NCBI GenBank assembly: GCA_964464595.1 | Contig: CAYXGW010000011.1 | Location: 4,967-68,966, forward strand | Length of the DNA: 64,000 nucleotides | DNA from: an uncultured Deferribacteres bacterium | Lineage (GTDB): Bacteria > Zhuqueibacterota > JdFR-76 > DREG01 | Direction of reading: 5' to 3' | Shown here: one piece after another, positions 10,309-20,900 of the stretch | Numbering within the stretch: the stretch's first letter is position 1 | How the letters are laid out: each line of letters starts with the position of its first letter | Position numbers and translations under genes: made by a program | Notes under the pieces: generated by a model | Database searches by the model: none | Told to the model about the DNA's origin: nothing | Seen by the model: only the letters and a program-made list of their open reading frames with translations

Positions 10309-10388
10309 TTTGTTACTTTGTTACTTTGTTACTTTGTTACTCTGTCACTTTGTTACTTTGTGCCTTTGTCACTTTGTACCTTTGTTAC
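10309..10388. repeat. Ten copies of an 8-bp direct repeat (TTTGTTAC consensus; variants TCTGTCAC, TTTGTGCC, TTTGTCAC, TTTGTACC)
   Basis: Seen directly in the 358-bp spacer between the nicotinamidase-like gene stop (10424) and the pncB start (10065). It generates two spurious plus-strand ORFs encoding LLCYFVTLLLC... repeats. Confidence 0.9.
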
Positions 10389-10423
10389 TTCACCTCATTC
10401 TTGCTAACTTTAAGCACTTTCTC

Positions 10424-11452
10424 TTACATCCCAGGCCATTCCTGTATCGCCTCAGTGGACTGCACCACGTGCATGCCGGCTTCTTTGAATTTTTGAAAAG
10501 CTGCATTTGCATCATCGGTGTAGTCGATAACACCGGGAATAACCACTGGAGAAGAACAATCCTCCAGAAGATAAACTTTTTCAGCAAGTCTTCGATCTTT
10601 AATCAGAATATTATCCAACAAATCTGCAATAGTCCATGCGACGCAGTGGCTCTTCGCCTGGCCTGCAATGATGATGGCATCGTATTCAACCAATTTTTGA
10701 AACAACACTTCGTTTTTATCAACCAAAGATTTTCCATCCGGACCCGTTGTAACTTCCGGGCCAAAGACCGAATAATGTTCCGTTAAGGGATGACTGCCTT
10801 TGACCTGGAAATCCGGTTGACTGTTGCGACAAACCGTATGGAAAAAGATCGCTTCTTCAATTGATGGCACCAGCGCATGACCAATACCACCCAGCATGGC
10901 ATGGTAAGGCCAGATGGTTAATGCATACTTCCCGCTCTGGTTGAGTTGGTTCGTATAATGCTTAATATGCTGTTGGACAAATTCTTCATTATAGTTAAGA
11001 TTCTGTGTCAGAGATTGGTTGAAACCCCAACGACCTTGTGCTATATCTTCCTCTGTTATCATTGTAAACGGATCCGGATGTTGGCCATTGTCATTGGTGA
11101 AAAAAATACTGTGAAAAATTTGCATGGCCTGGTGTGTGTCCATAGTTGGTACGATTTGCGTAATATTTTGCAGGTTGCGGTAAATGAATTGGCATAGCCG
11201 ATTATTATCATCCACAGCGCCGGTACCCGACCGTCCGCCAACATACAATTCAAATTCAGGTAAACAAAATGTATTCTGCACATCGACAGCCACCAAACAG
11301 ATTTTTTTTGTGTCTTTGGCGGCAGGTTGAATATTAAAATCTTGTGCCCATTTCAACGCTTTTTCAGCTGTTTTTTCATACAATACTTTCCAGATCTTAC
11401 CTATTTTATCCGGGTCAAAGTGAGAGGGGATTGGTAAGTTGCTTAGATTCAT
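10424..11452 (-). CDS. Isochorismatase-family hydrolase, probably a nicotinamidase (PncA-like, long form)
   Basis: LVAVDVQNTFC matches the D-x-Q-N-D-F-C start of PncA. A catalytic-Cys-like segment AGQAKSHCVAWTIADLL aligns to PncA GLATDYCVKFT. It sits directly upstream of pncB and is co-oriented with it. Confidence 0.55.
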   Translation of the reverse strand: MNLSNLPIPSHFDPDKIGKIWKVLYEKTAEKALKWAQDFNIQPAAKDTKKICLVAVDVQNTFCLPEFELYVGGRSGTGAVDDNNRLCQFIYRNLQNITQIVPTMDTHQAMQIFHSIFFTNDNGQHPDPFTMITEEDIAQGRWGFNQSLTQNLNYNEEFVQQHIKHYTNQLNQSGKYALTIWPYHAMLGGIGHALVPSIEEAIFFHTVCRNSQPDFQVKGSHPLTEHYSVFGPEVTTGPDGKSLVDKNEVLFQKLVEYDAIIIAGQAKSHCVAWTIADLLDNILIKDRRLAEKVYLLEDCSSPVVIPGVIDYTDDANAAFQKFKEAGMHVVQSTEAIQEWPGM

Positions 11453-11570
11453 ATAGGGTACTCCAAAGTATTTGATATTTGATTATAGTAGCTTATAGTA
11501 ATATCATAATCAAAATAAATTATAATCAAATTTTAGATAACAAAAAGATTAGTTTTAAGTAGGTGTGTTA

Positions 11571-12419
11571 CTACCACCCCAACCTTCCCTTACAAATCGG
11601 TTTAATGGTTCTGATGATTTGGTTGTAAATGGAAGGGTTGCCGGCAACCACATCACCGCTATATAAATGGTTTTTCCCTCCCATAGGATCGGAAACGATA
11701 CCGCCTGCCTCCATAATCAGCAACAAGCCGGCGCCGATGTCCCAGGGATTCAGTTTAAATTCCCAGAATCCGTCAAACCGGCCACAGGCAACATTGGCAA
11801 GGTCGACTGCTGCTGCCCCCGGCCGCCGAATAGCGCTCACTTGCAGAAATAAATGCTTAAAGCAATCTAGGTAGACATCCAGGTATTGTTTGGCATCATG
11901 GGGAAAACCGGTCGCGAGCATACATGCGGCGAAGTCAGTAGTCGTGGAAACATGGATCGGTTTTCCATTGAGAAAAGCGCCGCCACCTTTTATTGCCGTG
12001 AACAATTCCTGCCAGGGTGGCACATTAATAACACCAGTAATGATTTCATTTCGGTAACGCAAGGCAATGGAAACACCGTAATTGGGGATGCAATGGATGT
12101 AGTTTTTCGTACCATCGAGGGGATCTATGAGCCATTGAAAATCAGATTCCGCCTGGTTTTTTCCGGACTCCTCCGCAAAGATGCGATGACCCGGGTAAAA
12201 TTCTTGTAAATAATTAATTATTTCTAACTCTGCGGCTTTATCAACTTCGGTAACAAAATCAAAGGCATGTTTCTTTTGGATATCTTCCGGTTTTAATTTC
12301 CCATAATTGTCTTGCAAGATCCGTCCGGCTCGTTCTGCAGCTTCAACCGAATGCTGAAGAACTTCATTGAGATCGATTGGCACTGCAGCGACGTTTTCGT
12401 TATTCACTATCCTTCTCAA
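11571..12419 (-). CDS. Inositol monophosphatase family protein (SuhB-like)
   Basis: FAEESG and WLIDPLDGTKNYIH motifs, which are the IMPase metal-binding signatures. Length is 282 aa. Confidence 0.8.
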   Translation of the reverse strand: MRRIVNNENVAAVPIDLNEVLQHSVEAAERAGRILQDNYGKLKPEDIQKKHAFDFVTEVDKAAELEIINYLQEFYPGHRIFAEESGKNQAESDFQWLIDPLDGTKNYIHCIPNYGVSIALRYRNEIITGVINVPPWQELFTAIKGGGAFLNGKPIHVSTTTDFAACMLATGFPHDAKQYLDVYLDCFKHLFLQVSAIRRPGAAAVDLANVACGRFDGFWEFKLNPWDIGAGLLLIMEAGGIVSDPMGGKNHLYSGDVVAGNPSIYNQIIRTIKPICKGRLGW

Positions 12420-14190
12420 TAATTTTCAAACCTAACTCGTTTAATTGCTTTTCATCAACGTGGCTTGGCGATCCGTCCATTAACGACAAAGCGCTAGCGG
12501 TTTTCGGAAAGGCGATAACATCTCTAATAGAATTGCCATTAACCAGGATCATAGCCAATCGATCGAAACCAAAAGCAATACCGCCATGCGGAGGCGCACC
12601 ATATTTGAAGGCTTCCAGGAGGAATCCAAACTTGTCTTGCGCTTCTTCCGGACCGATGCCTAGCAGCCTGAACATTTTTTGCTGCAGCTCCGGCCGGTGA
12701 ATTCGAATACTGCCGCCGGCGATTTCCGTACCATTTAAAACCAAATCATATGCCCGGGCCCGTACCTTGCCGGGATCACTATCCATCAATTCGATATCCG
12801 AATCTTTTGGTGACGTAAACGGATGATGCATCGCATCGTAGCGCTGTTCATCTTCATCAAACTCCACGAGGGGAAAATCAACCACCCACAATAATTCATT
12901 GCGTGTTTTATCGATTAAATTCAGATTTTCACCGAAATGAAGCCGAAGTGCTCCAAGAACTTTATAGGAAATATTTGGCTGATCAGCCACCAGGAGTATT
13001 AAATCGTTGTCCGAAGCCTGCAACTGCTGGATCAATTGATTTTGCTGTTCCGTAGAAAGAAATTTAGTACAGCCTCCCTGCAGAACGCCTTCCAATACTT
13101 TTTGAGCCAGCACCCCTTTAGCGCCATAGCTTTGCACCATTTTATTCAATTCATCAATTTGAGAACGGGAATAGCTTGCTCCATCCGGAATGTTTATTCC
13201 GGCAATTATTCCATTCGCTGTAATGGTATCGTTGAAAACCCGGAAATCTGTTTCTCGAAGAAGATCCGTAACCGATTGAATTTCCATCCCGAAGCGCATA
13301 TCTGGCTTATCAACGCCAAATCTTACGATACACTCCTGGTAACTCAGTCTCTGAAATGGCGTTTTGATTTCCTGACCCATCAATTCCCGGTATATCGAAA
13401 CCATCAATTTCTCCATTACAAAGAATACATCTTCTTCATTTACGAATGACATTTCGACATCAATTTGTGTGAATTCCGGCTGTCGGTCAGCACGTAAATC
13501 CTCATCTCTGAAACAACGGACAATCTGGTAATAGCGATCAAATCCGGATACCATAAGGATTTGTTTGTAGGTCTGTGGTGACTGGGGCAGCGCAAAAAAT
13601 TTACCATTGTATAACCTGCTGGGAACCAGGAAGTCACGTGCTCCTTCCGGAGTACTGCGCATAAGAACCGGCGTTTCAATTTCAATAAAATTATTTTGAT
13701 CAAAATACTTCCGTACTACCCGGGTTAATTGATGCCTCAATATAATATTCTTTTGCAAATCGGGATGACGGAGATCAAGATATCGATACTTAAGGCGCAA
13801 TTCTTCCGAGCCTTCCCTGGGATCTGTTATCAAGAATGGCGTTACCTCTGCAGGGTTGAGAATGCGAAGATCGGATACTTCTACTTCTATGTCGCCTGTT
13901 GTTAAATTTGGGTTAATCGCATCACTCGGTCGAGTGTTGACAACACCCCTAACAGCTATCACGAATTCGGATTTTAAATCCTTGGCCTGTTCGTAGGTTT
14001 TATCATTGCGTTGGGGGTTAAAAACCAATTGGGTCTTACCATAGCGATCCCGAATATCAATAAAAATTAAGCCGCCATGATCTCGCCTACGATCGACCCA
14101 TCCCATTAAAGTTACCTGGTTTGAGGCAACCTTCGAATTCAATTCGCCGCAAGTATGCGTTCTTTTCCAATCTCCTAAAGACTCACTCAT
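12400..14190 (-). CDS. aspS: Aspartate--tRNA ligase
   Basis: N-terminus RTHTCGELNSKV...GWVDRRRDHGGLIFIDIRDRYG (OB anticodon-binding domain). Class II motifs FRDEDLRADRQPEFTQIDVEMSF and GGSIRIHR are present. Length is 596 aa. Confidence 0.95.
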   Translation of the reverse strand: MSESLGDWKRTHTCGELNSKVASNQVTLMGWVDRRRDHGGLIFIDIRDRYGKTQLVFNPQRNDKTYEQAKDLKSEFVIAVRGVVNTRPSDAINPNLTTGDIEVEVSDLRILNPAEVTPFLITDPREGSEELRLKYRYLDLRHPDLQKNIILRHQLTRVVRKYFDQNNFIEIETPVLMRSTPEGARDFLVPSRLYNGKFFALPQSPQTYKQILMVSGFDRYYQIVRCFRDEDLRADRQPEFTQIDVEMSFVNEEDVFFVMEKLMVSIYRELMGQEIKTPFQRLSYQECIVRFGVDKPDMRFGMEIQSVTDLLRETDFRVFNDTITANGIIAGINIPDGASYSRSQIDELNKMVQSYGAKGVLAQKVLEGVLQGGCTKFLSTEQQNQLIQQLQASDNDLILLVADQPNISYKVLGALRLHFGENLNLIDKTRNELLWVVDFPLVEFDEDEQRYDAMHHPFTSPKDSDIELMDSDPGKVRARAYDLVLNGTEIAGGSIRIHRPELQQKMFRLLGIGPEEAQDKFGFLLEAFKYGAPPHGGIAFGFDRLAMILVNGNSIRDVIAFPKTASALSLMDGSPSHVDEKQLNELGLKIIEKDSE

Positions 14191-14419
14191 TTAATGCCCT
14201 CAAATTCATTTTTTGGTTTGTTCATCCATATGATAAGATTAAATCTTTAAAAAATATTAAGACAGGATTAAAACCGTGGACGGTTATAAATAGTACTTAT
14301 TTGTCCTAAATCGCCGTCTTTGGAGGTCTTGTGAGAATTGAAGCTACTTAACCAGGAAAAATATTCGAGCTAATCTCATTCAGGAAAAATCTATTTTAAT
14401 AATGCCTCTATTTTGTACA

Positions 14420-14465
14420 AAAAAAAAGCCTCTGAAACAAGCTAAATACTTGCTTCAGAGGCTTG
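14420..14465 (-). terminator. Rho-independent terminator for the tonB-like operon
   Basis: An A9 run on the plus strand (a T-run on the minus strand) beside a gcctctgaa...ttcagaggc inverted repeat. It lies 26 bp downstream of the stop at 14491. Confidence 0.5.
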
Positions 14466-14490
14466 AATGTATGACGAATTAATTAGATAA

Positions 14491-15594
14491 TCAATAACCA
14501 AAGATGTAATCCTGGCGGAATACAGCATCCCCTTTTGCTGGATCAATTGCCCCAAAATCTCGCCAGGACTTCACTTTGGTTTTTATACATCTTTCGACAG
14601 ACAGATCACCCAATGTTGACGCTAATATTTTAATACTTCCAACACTACCATTTGCTTTAATGATGAATCGAACGGACACTTTACCTTTCAGGCTCGGATT
14701 TTTTCTTATCGCTCTTTGGTAGCAATATTCTATTGCAGATGCATGAGAATTCACAACCTTCATCACTTCTTCCGGACTACGGCCGGCAGATTTCCCTTTT
14801 TCGGCTTCTACTTTCGATTTGGAAACGACTAATTCACTACTCTTCTTGCCAAATTTGGAACCACTCACTTTGGTCAAGGCACCCACATTGATGCCTCCGC
14901 CATGATCGGTAGCCCTGGAACCCTTTGCGCTTTTGTTTTTACCCGAAACAATTCCGGAACTTTTAATTCCGTCTAGTCCTGAAATCACAGCATCCAGATT
15001 GTTTGAGCTTCCATTTTCTACTTCGCCAAGTAAATCTACTACAGCTTCGCCTTGTGCATTTTCACCACCACTGAGCAAAGCCAATAATCCCATACTACTG
15101 GCTTGTTGGGCAATATCAGCTGTGGACCTTGTATTTGATTCCCGTCGTTCTCGGGCTGTGACCTCTACGGGAGGAGCAGTCTCAGTATTTGTTTCCTCAC
15201 TCTGGGCAACTTCTCCTTCATTCTTAATCTCTTCAGGTTTCTCTTCTTCAGGCTTTTCATCAGGCGTTTGTACAACCGGCTTAGGGGGTTCCGGTTCGGG
15301 AATTTTATCATAAATAAAATTAGCATAGTGTTCCTGATATTTTTTGAGATCAACCATGTTAACTTCATAAGGTACGCTAGACACCCAATAAATTAAAATC
15401 GAATTGAAAAACAAACTCACTATAAATATGGATGCAAAGCGATGATCAAATTTATCAGTCAACCGTTTCTTATATTTTGACGGATCGATGACAAACTCGA
15501 AATCATCTCCATATTTTTTTGCTTTAGATGTTACATCTAAAATGTCTTGATCTTTGGTATTTTCTTCTTTTAATTGCATGCTTCTGGTATCCAT
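14491..15594 (-). CDS. TonB-family protein: cytoplasmic N-terminus, one TM helix, a Pro/Glu-rich spacer, a Gly/Ser-rich region and a TonB-C-like domain
   Basis: TM helix FASIFIVSLFFNSILIYWV. PEPEPPKPVVQTPDEKPEEEKPEE linker. C-terminal KGKVSVRFIIKANGSVGSIKILASTLGDLSVERCIKTKVKSWRDF fits the TonB CTD pattern, but it carries two Cys (CYQR...ERC). It is the last gene of the exbB-exbD-exbD-X operon. Confidence 0.65.
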   Translation of the reverse strand: MDTRSMQLKEENTKDQDILDVTSKAKKYGDDFEFVIDPSKYKKRLTDKFDHRFASIFIVSLFFNSILIYWVSSVPYEVNMVDLKKYQEHYANFIYDKIPEPEPPKPVVQTPDEKPEEEKPEEIKNEGEVAQSEETNTETAPPVEVTARERRESNTRSTADIAQQASSMGLLALLSGGENAQGEAVVDLLGEVENGSSNNLDAVISGLDGIKSSGIVSGKNKSAKGSRATDHGGGINVGALTKVSGSKFGKKSSELVVSKSKVEAEKGKSAGRSPEEVMKVVNSHASAIEYCYQRAIRKNPSLKGKVSVRFIIKANGSVGSIKILASTLGDLSVERCIKTKVKSWRDFGAIDPAKGDAVFRQDYIFGY

Positions 15595-15649
15595 TGATAA
15601 TTTCAGTTTTTCTTAAACCATACACCTTGTCGTTTGACAAATGCTTATA

Positions 15650-16144
15650 CTAAGTCTCTTTTTGATATACAAGAAATCTCATGTTCGGGTATTTGGATCT
15701 ACCACATGTTGCCATCACTTTAATGAGCGCTCTATAAGGTAATTGTTTATCCCCTTGAATTGTAACTGAACCTGAAAACTTTTGGCCATACCTTTCTTGC
15801 ATGCGTTCCGCTTCCTCGGCATACATCCTTAATTCTTTTTGAAGTTCCGGAATAATAATTTGTCTCGAAGACAGAAATTCCGACACCTTAACAACCGGCT
15901 TCTCATTCAGTACCAGCCATTCCTTTGAAATCGTTAACTCTAACGAAACCTTTGATATTTTTTCAACGTTTGAATTTGGCAACGTAAGATCGTCAGATGG
16001 GGTTATCATTTGGCCTTCGGCTGCATATACTTTTAATAGGAATAAAAGAATAATGGTAAACATGTCCATCATGGAATTCAAATTCAGTTTCATTTCACCC
16101 GGGCTTGTGCTATGTCTCTTAGATCTTGATGGAATAAATGCCAT
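15650..16144 (-). CDS. exbD: ExbD/TolR-family biopolymer transport protein (second copy)
   Basis: Short cytoplasmic N-terminus and a single TM helix (MMDMFTIILLFLLKV), about 160 aa. It is a paralog of the gene immediately upstream. Confidence 0.7.
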   Translation of the reverse strand: MAFIPSRSKRHSTSPGEMKLNLNSMMDMFTIILLFLLKVYAAEGQMITPSDDLTLPNSNVEKISKVSLELTISKEWLVLNEKPVVKVSEFLSSRQIIIPELQKELRMYAEEAERMQERYGQKFSGSVTIQGDKQLPYRALIKVMATCGRSKYPNMRFLVYQKET

Positions 16145-16181
16145 ACTTAATCTCCAATAATTACATTTGTTTCATATTTGT

Positions 16182-16712
16182 TTACAATACCGTTGCGCTT
16201 AAAGACACCGCCGGAAAGAGCGGTAAAATCTCTCTGTCCGATTTATACATCCGGGCAGCATCCATAGTACTTACTACAATTTGATAGTCAATATCCGGCT
16301 CTGCAACAATAATTATTCTGTCCAAATCTTTAAAAACTCCCGCAGCTTGTTTCTTGATTTTAACCAGGTTCTTTTTTAGCTCTTCATAATTATAGCCGCC
16401 ATCCTGGGTTTTAGGAATGGTTGGCTCACCTCCTGCACTGGTTGCTATTGCAAAGCTGCTGGCAAGATAAAATCCTTTGTCAGTAATGGTAACTGACAGA
16501 TCCAGTTTTTTATCTATTTCTTTCGGCCTATTTTGCATCTCACTAGCACTAATGGCCGGTGGAAGATTGATCTCAATCATTCCAAGTTTAATAAATTGCG
16601 CCGATGTTAAAAGCAGTGGAATTAATACCACCATTAAGTTCATAATGGGTGTTAAATCCGGCTCTGTCTCAACTTTCGGCCGTCGACTACGTTGAGAAGG
16701 TCTAAAAGCCAT
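16182..16712 (-). CDS. exbD: ExbD/TolR-family biopolymer transport protein
   Basis: PDLTPIMNLMVVLIPLLL, which is the ExbD TM motif. Length is 176 aa. It overlaps the exbB stop by 1 nt. Confidence 0.75.
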   Translation of the reverse strand: MAFRPSQRSRRPKVETEPDLTPIMNLMVVLIPLLLTSAQFIKLGMIEINLPPAISASEMQNRPKEIDKKLDLSVTITDKGFYLASSFAIATSAGGEPTIPKTQDGGYNYEELKKNLVKIKKQAAGVFKDLDRIIIVAEPDIDYQIVVSTMDAARMYKSDREILPLFPAVSLSATVL

Positions 16713-17371
16713 TAGTTATTCCCGGTTATAAGGTTGATTAATTTTACGGAATGCTCATCAATCTCATCAATAATCTTCATAGTTTTACTGTGAACATAAT
16801 TGTAAACCAGGATCGCTGGAATAGCTACGGACAGACCAACCAGGGTTGTATTCATAGCTGTGGAAATACCGGCAGCAAGCAAGCGCGATTTTTCAGCTGC
16901 ATCAATACCCGGAGCGGAGACTGAATTAAAGGCTAAAATGAGACCGTAGATGGTTCCCATTAACCCCACCAACGTGGCAACATTACCAATCATTGCAAGA
17001 TAATTGGTTCTTTCTTGCAATTTAGGGATTGTCTCCAAAGTGCCTTCATCAACTGCGTTCTGAGCAGTTCTGAAATCTACCTGGCCTTTTTGCCCAAGTC
17101 TCGAAAGACATGTATATACAACATAAGGCAATGCTTTGCTTTTAACACTTGCAGCTAGGCCAAGGGCGTCTTTAAATTTACCCGCTGTTAATAATCCTCG
17201 AATATCCGTCATAAATTTAGCTGCATTGATATTTGCTCGAATAGCAATAAAATAAATTCTCTCTATCGAGACTGCGATCATAAATACAGCAGATATCAAT
17301 AACAACCACATAAAAAACCATCCAGGGGCACCAACTTTAAATCCCTGAAATATTTGCAATAGACTATTCAT
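16712..17371 (-). CDS. exbB: MotA/TolQ/ExbB proton-channel protein
   Basis: Three TM helices. The conserved C-terminal half reads TLVGLMGTIYGLILAFNSV ... AAGISTAMNTTLVGLSVAIPAILVYNY. Confidence 0.85.
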   Translation of the reverse strand: MNSLLQIFQGFKVGAPGWFFMWLLLISAVFMIAVSIERIYFIAIRANINAAKFMTDIRGLLTAGKFKDALGLAASVKSKALPYVVYTCLSRLGQKGQVDFRTAQNAVDEGTLETIPKLQERTNYLAMIGNVATLVGLMGTIYGLILAFNSVSAPGIDAAEKSRLLAAGISTAMNTTLVGLSVAIPAILVYNYVHSKTMKIIDEIDEHSVKLINLITGNN

Positions 17372-17573
17372 GTAGACCTCCTATTTCTGTCTTATTTTTT
17401 GCATTATAAGTTACCACCTGCCTTCTCTAATTATCGGCAATCACTTCTTTTAATTTAACGATTAATTGACCTTTTATTTAACTAGCTAACTAGCTGATTA
17501 TATTAAAATTATATATTAGTTATTGTTTTTTTATCTAAAGGAATACCAAACATTCTTTTTAAAATTGCCCAAA

Positions 17574-17933
17574 CTATTTGCGTTCTTTTGCTAACAGTTT
17601 TTTTACATTCTCAATTTTTGTATATTTTCGCCTGTCCAAATGAAATCCATAAATTTCATCCGAAACCATCTTCAATTCCTGATCAAAATAACGAATAATA
17701 TATTCCACATTCCCAAGTTGAGGTTCAAGGCGTGTTGGAAGTATCGAAACGCTGGGTTTCTCAATCTGGGCATCCAGGTGTAATTCATCAAGTTGAATTT
17801 CCTTAATATCCGAATCTGTTGATTGCTCAACAGTTTTTATGACAGCTTTATTTTGTTTTTTCTGGCTTTCCTGTGCAAACACCGAAACGGTCATTAGTAA
17901 AAAACAAACTGAAAATAGGGCGATGGTTCTCAT
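17574..17933 (-). CDS. Small secreted protein of unknown function (119 aa)
   Basis: Signal peptide (LFSVCFLLMTVSVFA|QE). It is wedged between the 1526-aa TPR protein, 13 bp upstream, and exbB, about 200 bp downstream, on the same strand. Confidence 0.4.
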   Translation of the reverse strand: MRTIALFSVCFLLMTVSVFAQESQKKQNKAVIKTVEQSTDSDIKEIQLDELHLDAQIEKPSVSILPTRLEPQLGNVEYIIRYFDQELKMVSDEIYGFHLDRRKYTKIENVKKLLAKERK

Positions 17934-17946
17934 TACTTTTTACCTC

Positions 17947-20900
17947 TTATTTTTCCGGGACAAAATTTCGAATATAAATCTGTTCATCCATTGTGGCTAT
18001 TTTACCTGCATCTAATTGTGTATTGCCCTTTTGCTGTTCTTCAAAAGCGGCAAGATTAAGGGTTTGTAATTCTATAATGGGTTGAACGCCATGGCCGCTA
18101 CCGTCAGAGTCATCCAATTCTATGGCTATCAGATTTTTGCCGGTTTTAAGAAAAGGCGATAAATCGGTTTCGAAGATATTGCCCCAACCAAGAGACTCAT
18201 CTTGCTCTTCGAATACGCTAATCCCATTCACATAAACTTTTACATTGTCATCGGCATTTAACTTAAGTTTCGCAGATAAAGGTTTATCATCTAATTCAAT
18301 CACTTTCCGCAAATAATAGAATTGTGGTGTTAAAGCTATTTGGGTAACTTGTGAAGAATCGGTTGCAGAAGAATCATATTCAGCTGGTTCTGGCAATCGA
18401 GACAGCAATATGGCTTCTCCGCCAGTGGTAAAATCTTCCAAAACATCTGCAGGTTGCCAGGTTTCATCATTAAACTCAGGCACCATCCAGGTAGAGTCTT
18501 GGATTTCGGTGGCGTAAACCCAGGATTCATCAGGAGAAATCACAATGCCTTCTGTTGGCACTTCAAACTCAGCCGCATAGGTTTGCGGATTTAAATTCAC
18601 CAGAAGTACTGCCAGCTTGTTTAAATTGGGAGAATTAAAACCATATTCATTATTTAAAGCGTAGGTCTTCTCACCCAATTCAATGGCATTGTCATGCAAA
18701 TAAGACTCTAAATCTGCAAATGTAAAAATTGCATCTTCGTAAGCCATCTTCGGGGTCTGTTGATTTTGAACTGTAAATTTATCCTTCATCCTTGCTGCAT
18801 GCTTAGAGGATTTCTCAAGTTTTGTGGATAATTGAACAGTCGTTTGAATCAAATCTGAAAATAAGGAATTAGCAATCGTATTGCCAAAGGGCTGTTGAAT
18901 AACATTGTCAATGGATAGTTTGTAACTGGTATTCATAGTTCCCGCGTAATTGTTGCCCAGCTCGATCAAATTCATCAAACTTCCCGCCAGATCCAACGTG
19001 TTCTCTTGTTCTTCTTCTGTACCGTTATTCATTATATTTACATATTGATCATATTTTTCTTCATAGGTGGCGAAAGCGTCCAGGAAAAGCTTTTTATATT
19101 GACTTGTGAGAACAGTCATTACGTTAAAAAGACCGGTTCTGGACTTTGCTACCCAACTATTTTCTAACCCGAGTTGATCAGCTTCTTCCAGCCCTCGAAT
19201 ATATGCTTTAGTAACCTCCTGAACCACTGGGTAAATAGCTTTGGCCAGAACCTGGTTGCGATATTCCAAAGAGGTCACTTCATCTAAGCCTGTGGGAATT
19301 GGCGCGGTCAATAAAAGTTCTATGGATCCTACGTTTAGCTCCGCCATATTAAAAAGCATATGTGAAACTTTTACTCCTGAAACCTTGATCCAACGACTGG
19401 CAACTTGCAGAGTACTGTCCTTTTTGATGGCACGTCCTGATTTTTGCTCTTCATCTTGCGGCTGATTTAAACTGTAGTTGTCTACGAGCTTTTGCAAAGC
19501 CAGGAAACCTAATTTATATGACTCGAAGGTTTTTTCATATAATTGCGCTGAAGTTTTATTTTGCTTCTTAAGATAAACTACCTTTTCCGTTTCATTCATG
19601 TCAGGTATTTCTTTTTCACTCCAGGTAACCGCAAAATCTTCATAGGCTTTTCCAATGTTGAAAGTGGCTTCGTACAAGCGGTTGGTTCCATAAGCAGCTA
19701 CACGAGTATATTGATCCACTAATTTCCTCAGGAGATCTTTCTTTTCTTTTTGTGCAGATTCTAAATTCGCAAGATTAAATTGAATACCATCGTAGTTCTT
19801 ATAATGCTCTTCGGTTTGCAAGAACAACGCTTCGGCGGCATAAAAATCGTTGGTTTCCAAACTCTTGCTTTTTAATTCATCGTTCCGTTTTACGGCCAAT
19901 TCAAATTCTTGCAAAGCACTGTCAACCTGGTTTCTTTTTAGATAATAATCACCACGTTTGAAATGTGTCTCCACACCCCTGGGAGAATCCGGAAAGCGTG
20001 AAGCAAATTCTCCATAAATGGAATTGGCATTTTCAAAATCATCTAACTTGAGATACAGACCTGCCAAATCGTAAAAAATATCTTCAGTATCCTCTGCATC
20101 CGGAAAACGGTCTACATAAGTTCGGTTAACACGAATCGCATCACTCCAGGATGTTTGTTTGGTGTAGAAATAACTCGCATTATATAATGCATCCTTTGCC
20201 TTTTTCAGATCAGACTGGATCGATGAAAATTTTTCATATGTTGATGCCGCCAATGCAAAATCTTCAATTTCACCATAGTCAATGGCCAGGTTGTTAACGG
20301 CATCCAAATAATGATCAGAACTCTCAAAATTGTCGATTAGCTCTTTATATGCTTCAATTGCTTCGGGAAAGGCTTTTGCCAGATCGAATTGAACACCTGC
20401 CTGGAATATAGATTTATCGGCAAATTCGGCATCAGGAACTTCGGCGTATAGTTCCTTGAATCGTTGAGCTGCTTCTAAATGTTTGTTTTCACCAACCAAT
20501 GCTTCTGCATTTAAGTAGATAGATTCAGCCAATCGAGTTTTTATTTTACTTCGTAGTTCCGGAGAAAGTCTTTCATCATTTTGAATTCTCTTTGCTATGA
20601 TCTCCGCGTTGTTAAAATCTTTCTTGCCAAAATAACTTTCCAGTACCGAGAACTGAGCCTGGGAAGCAAACGGACTATCCGAAAATCTTTGTGCCAACGT
20701 ACTGAAATAGCGTAAAGATAAATCAAAACTTTTATCATTATAGTATATTGTGCCAACGTTACGCAATACTTCGGCGGTTATTTCATCTTCCGGATAGTGC
20801 ATAATGAAATTATTGTACGCCTCAATTAGCTTATTCGATGAGGAAATTTGAATTGAAGGTTGGCTTTCATCTTGTCCGGAAGAATCAACCTGTACGGCTA

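Noticed and set aside
10224-10786. Two plus-strand ORFs (90 and 175 aa) encoding LLCYFVTLLLCHFVTL... repeats
   Set aside because: They are artefacts of translating the 8-bp tandem DNA repeat. They have no start context, and they overlap the real minus-strand gene 10424..11452 in antisense.
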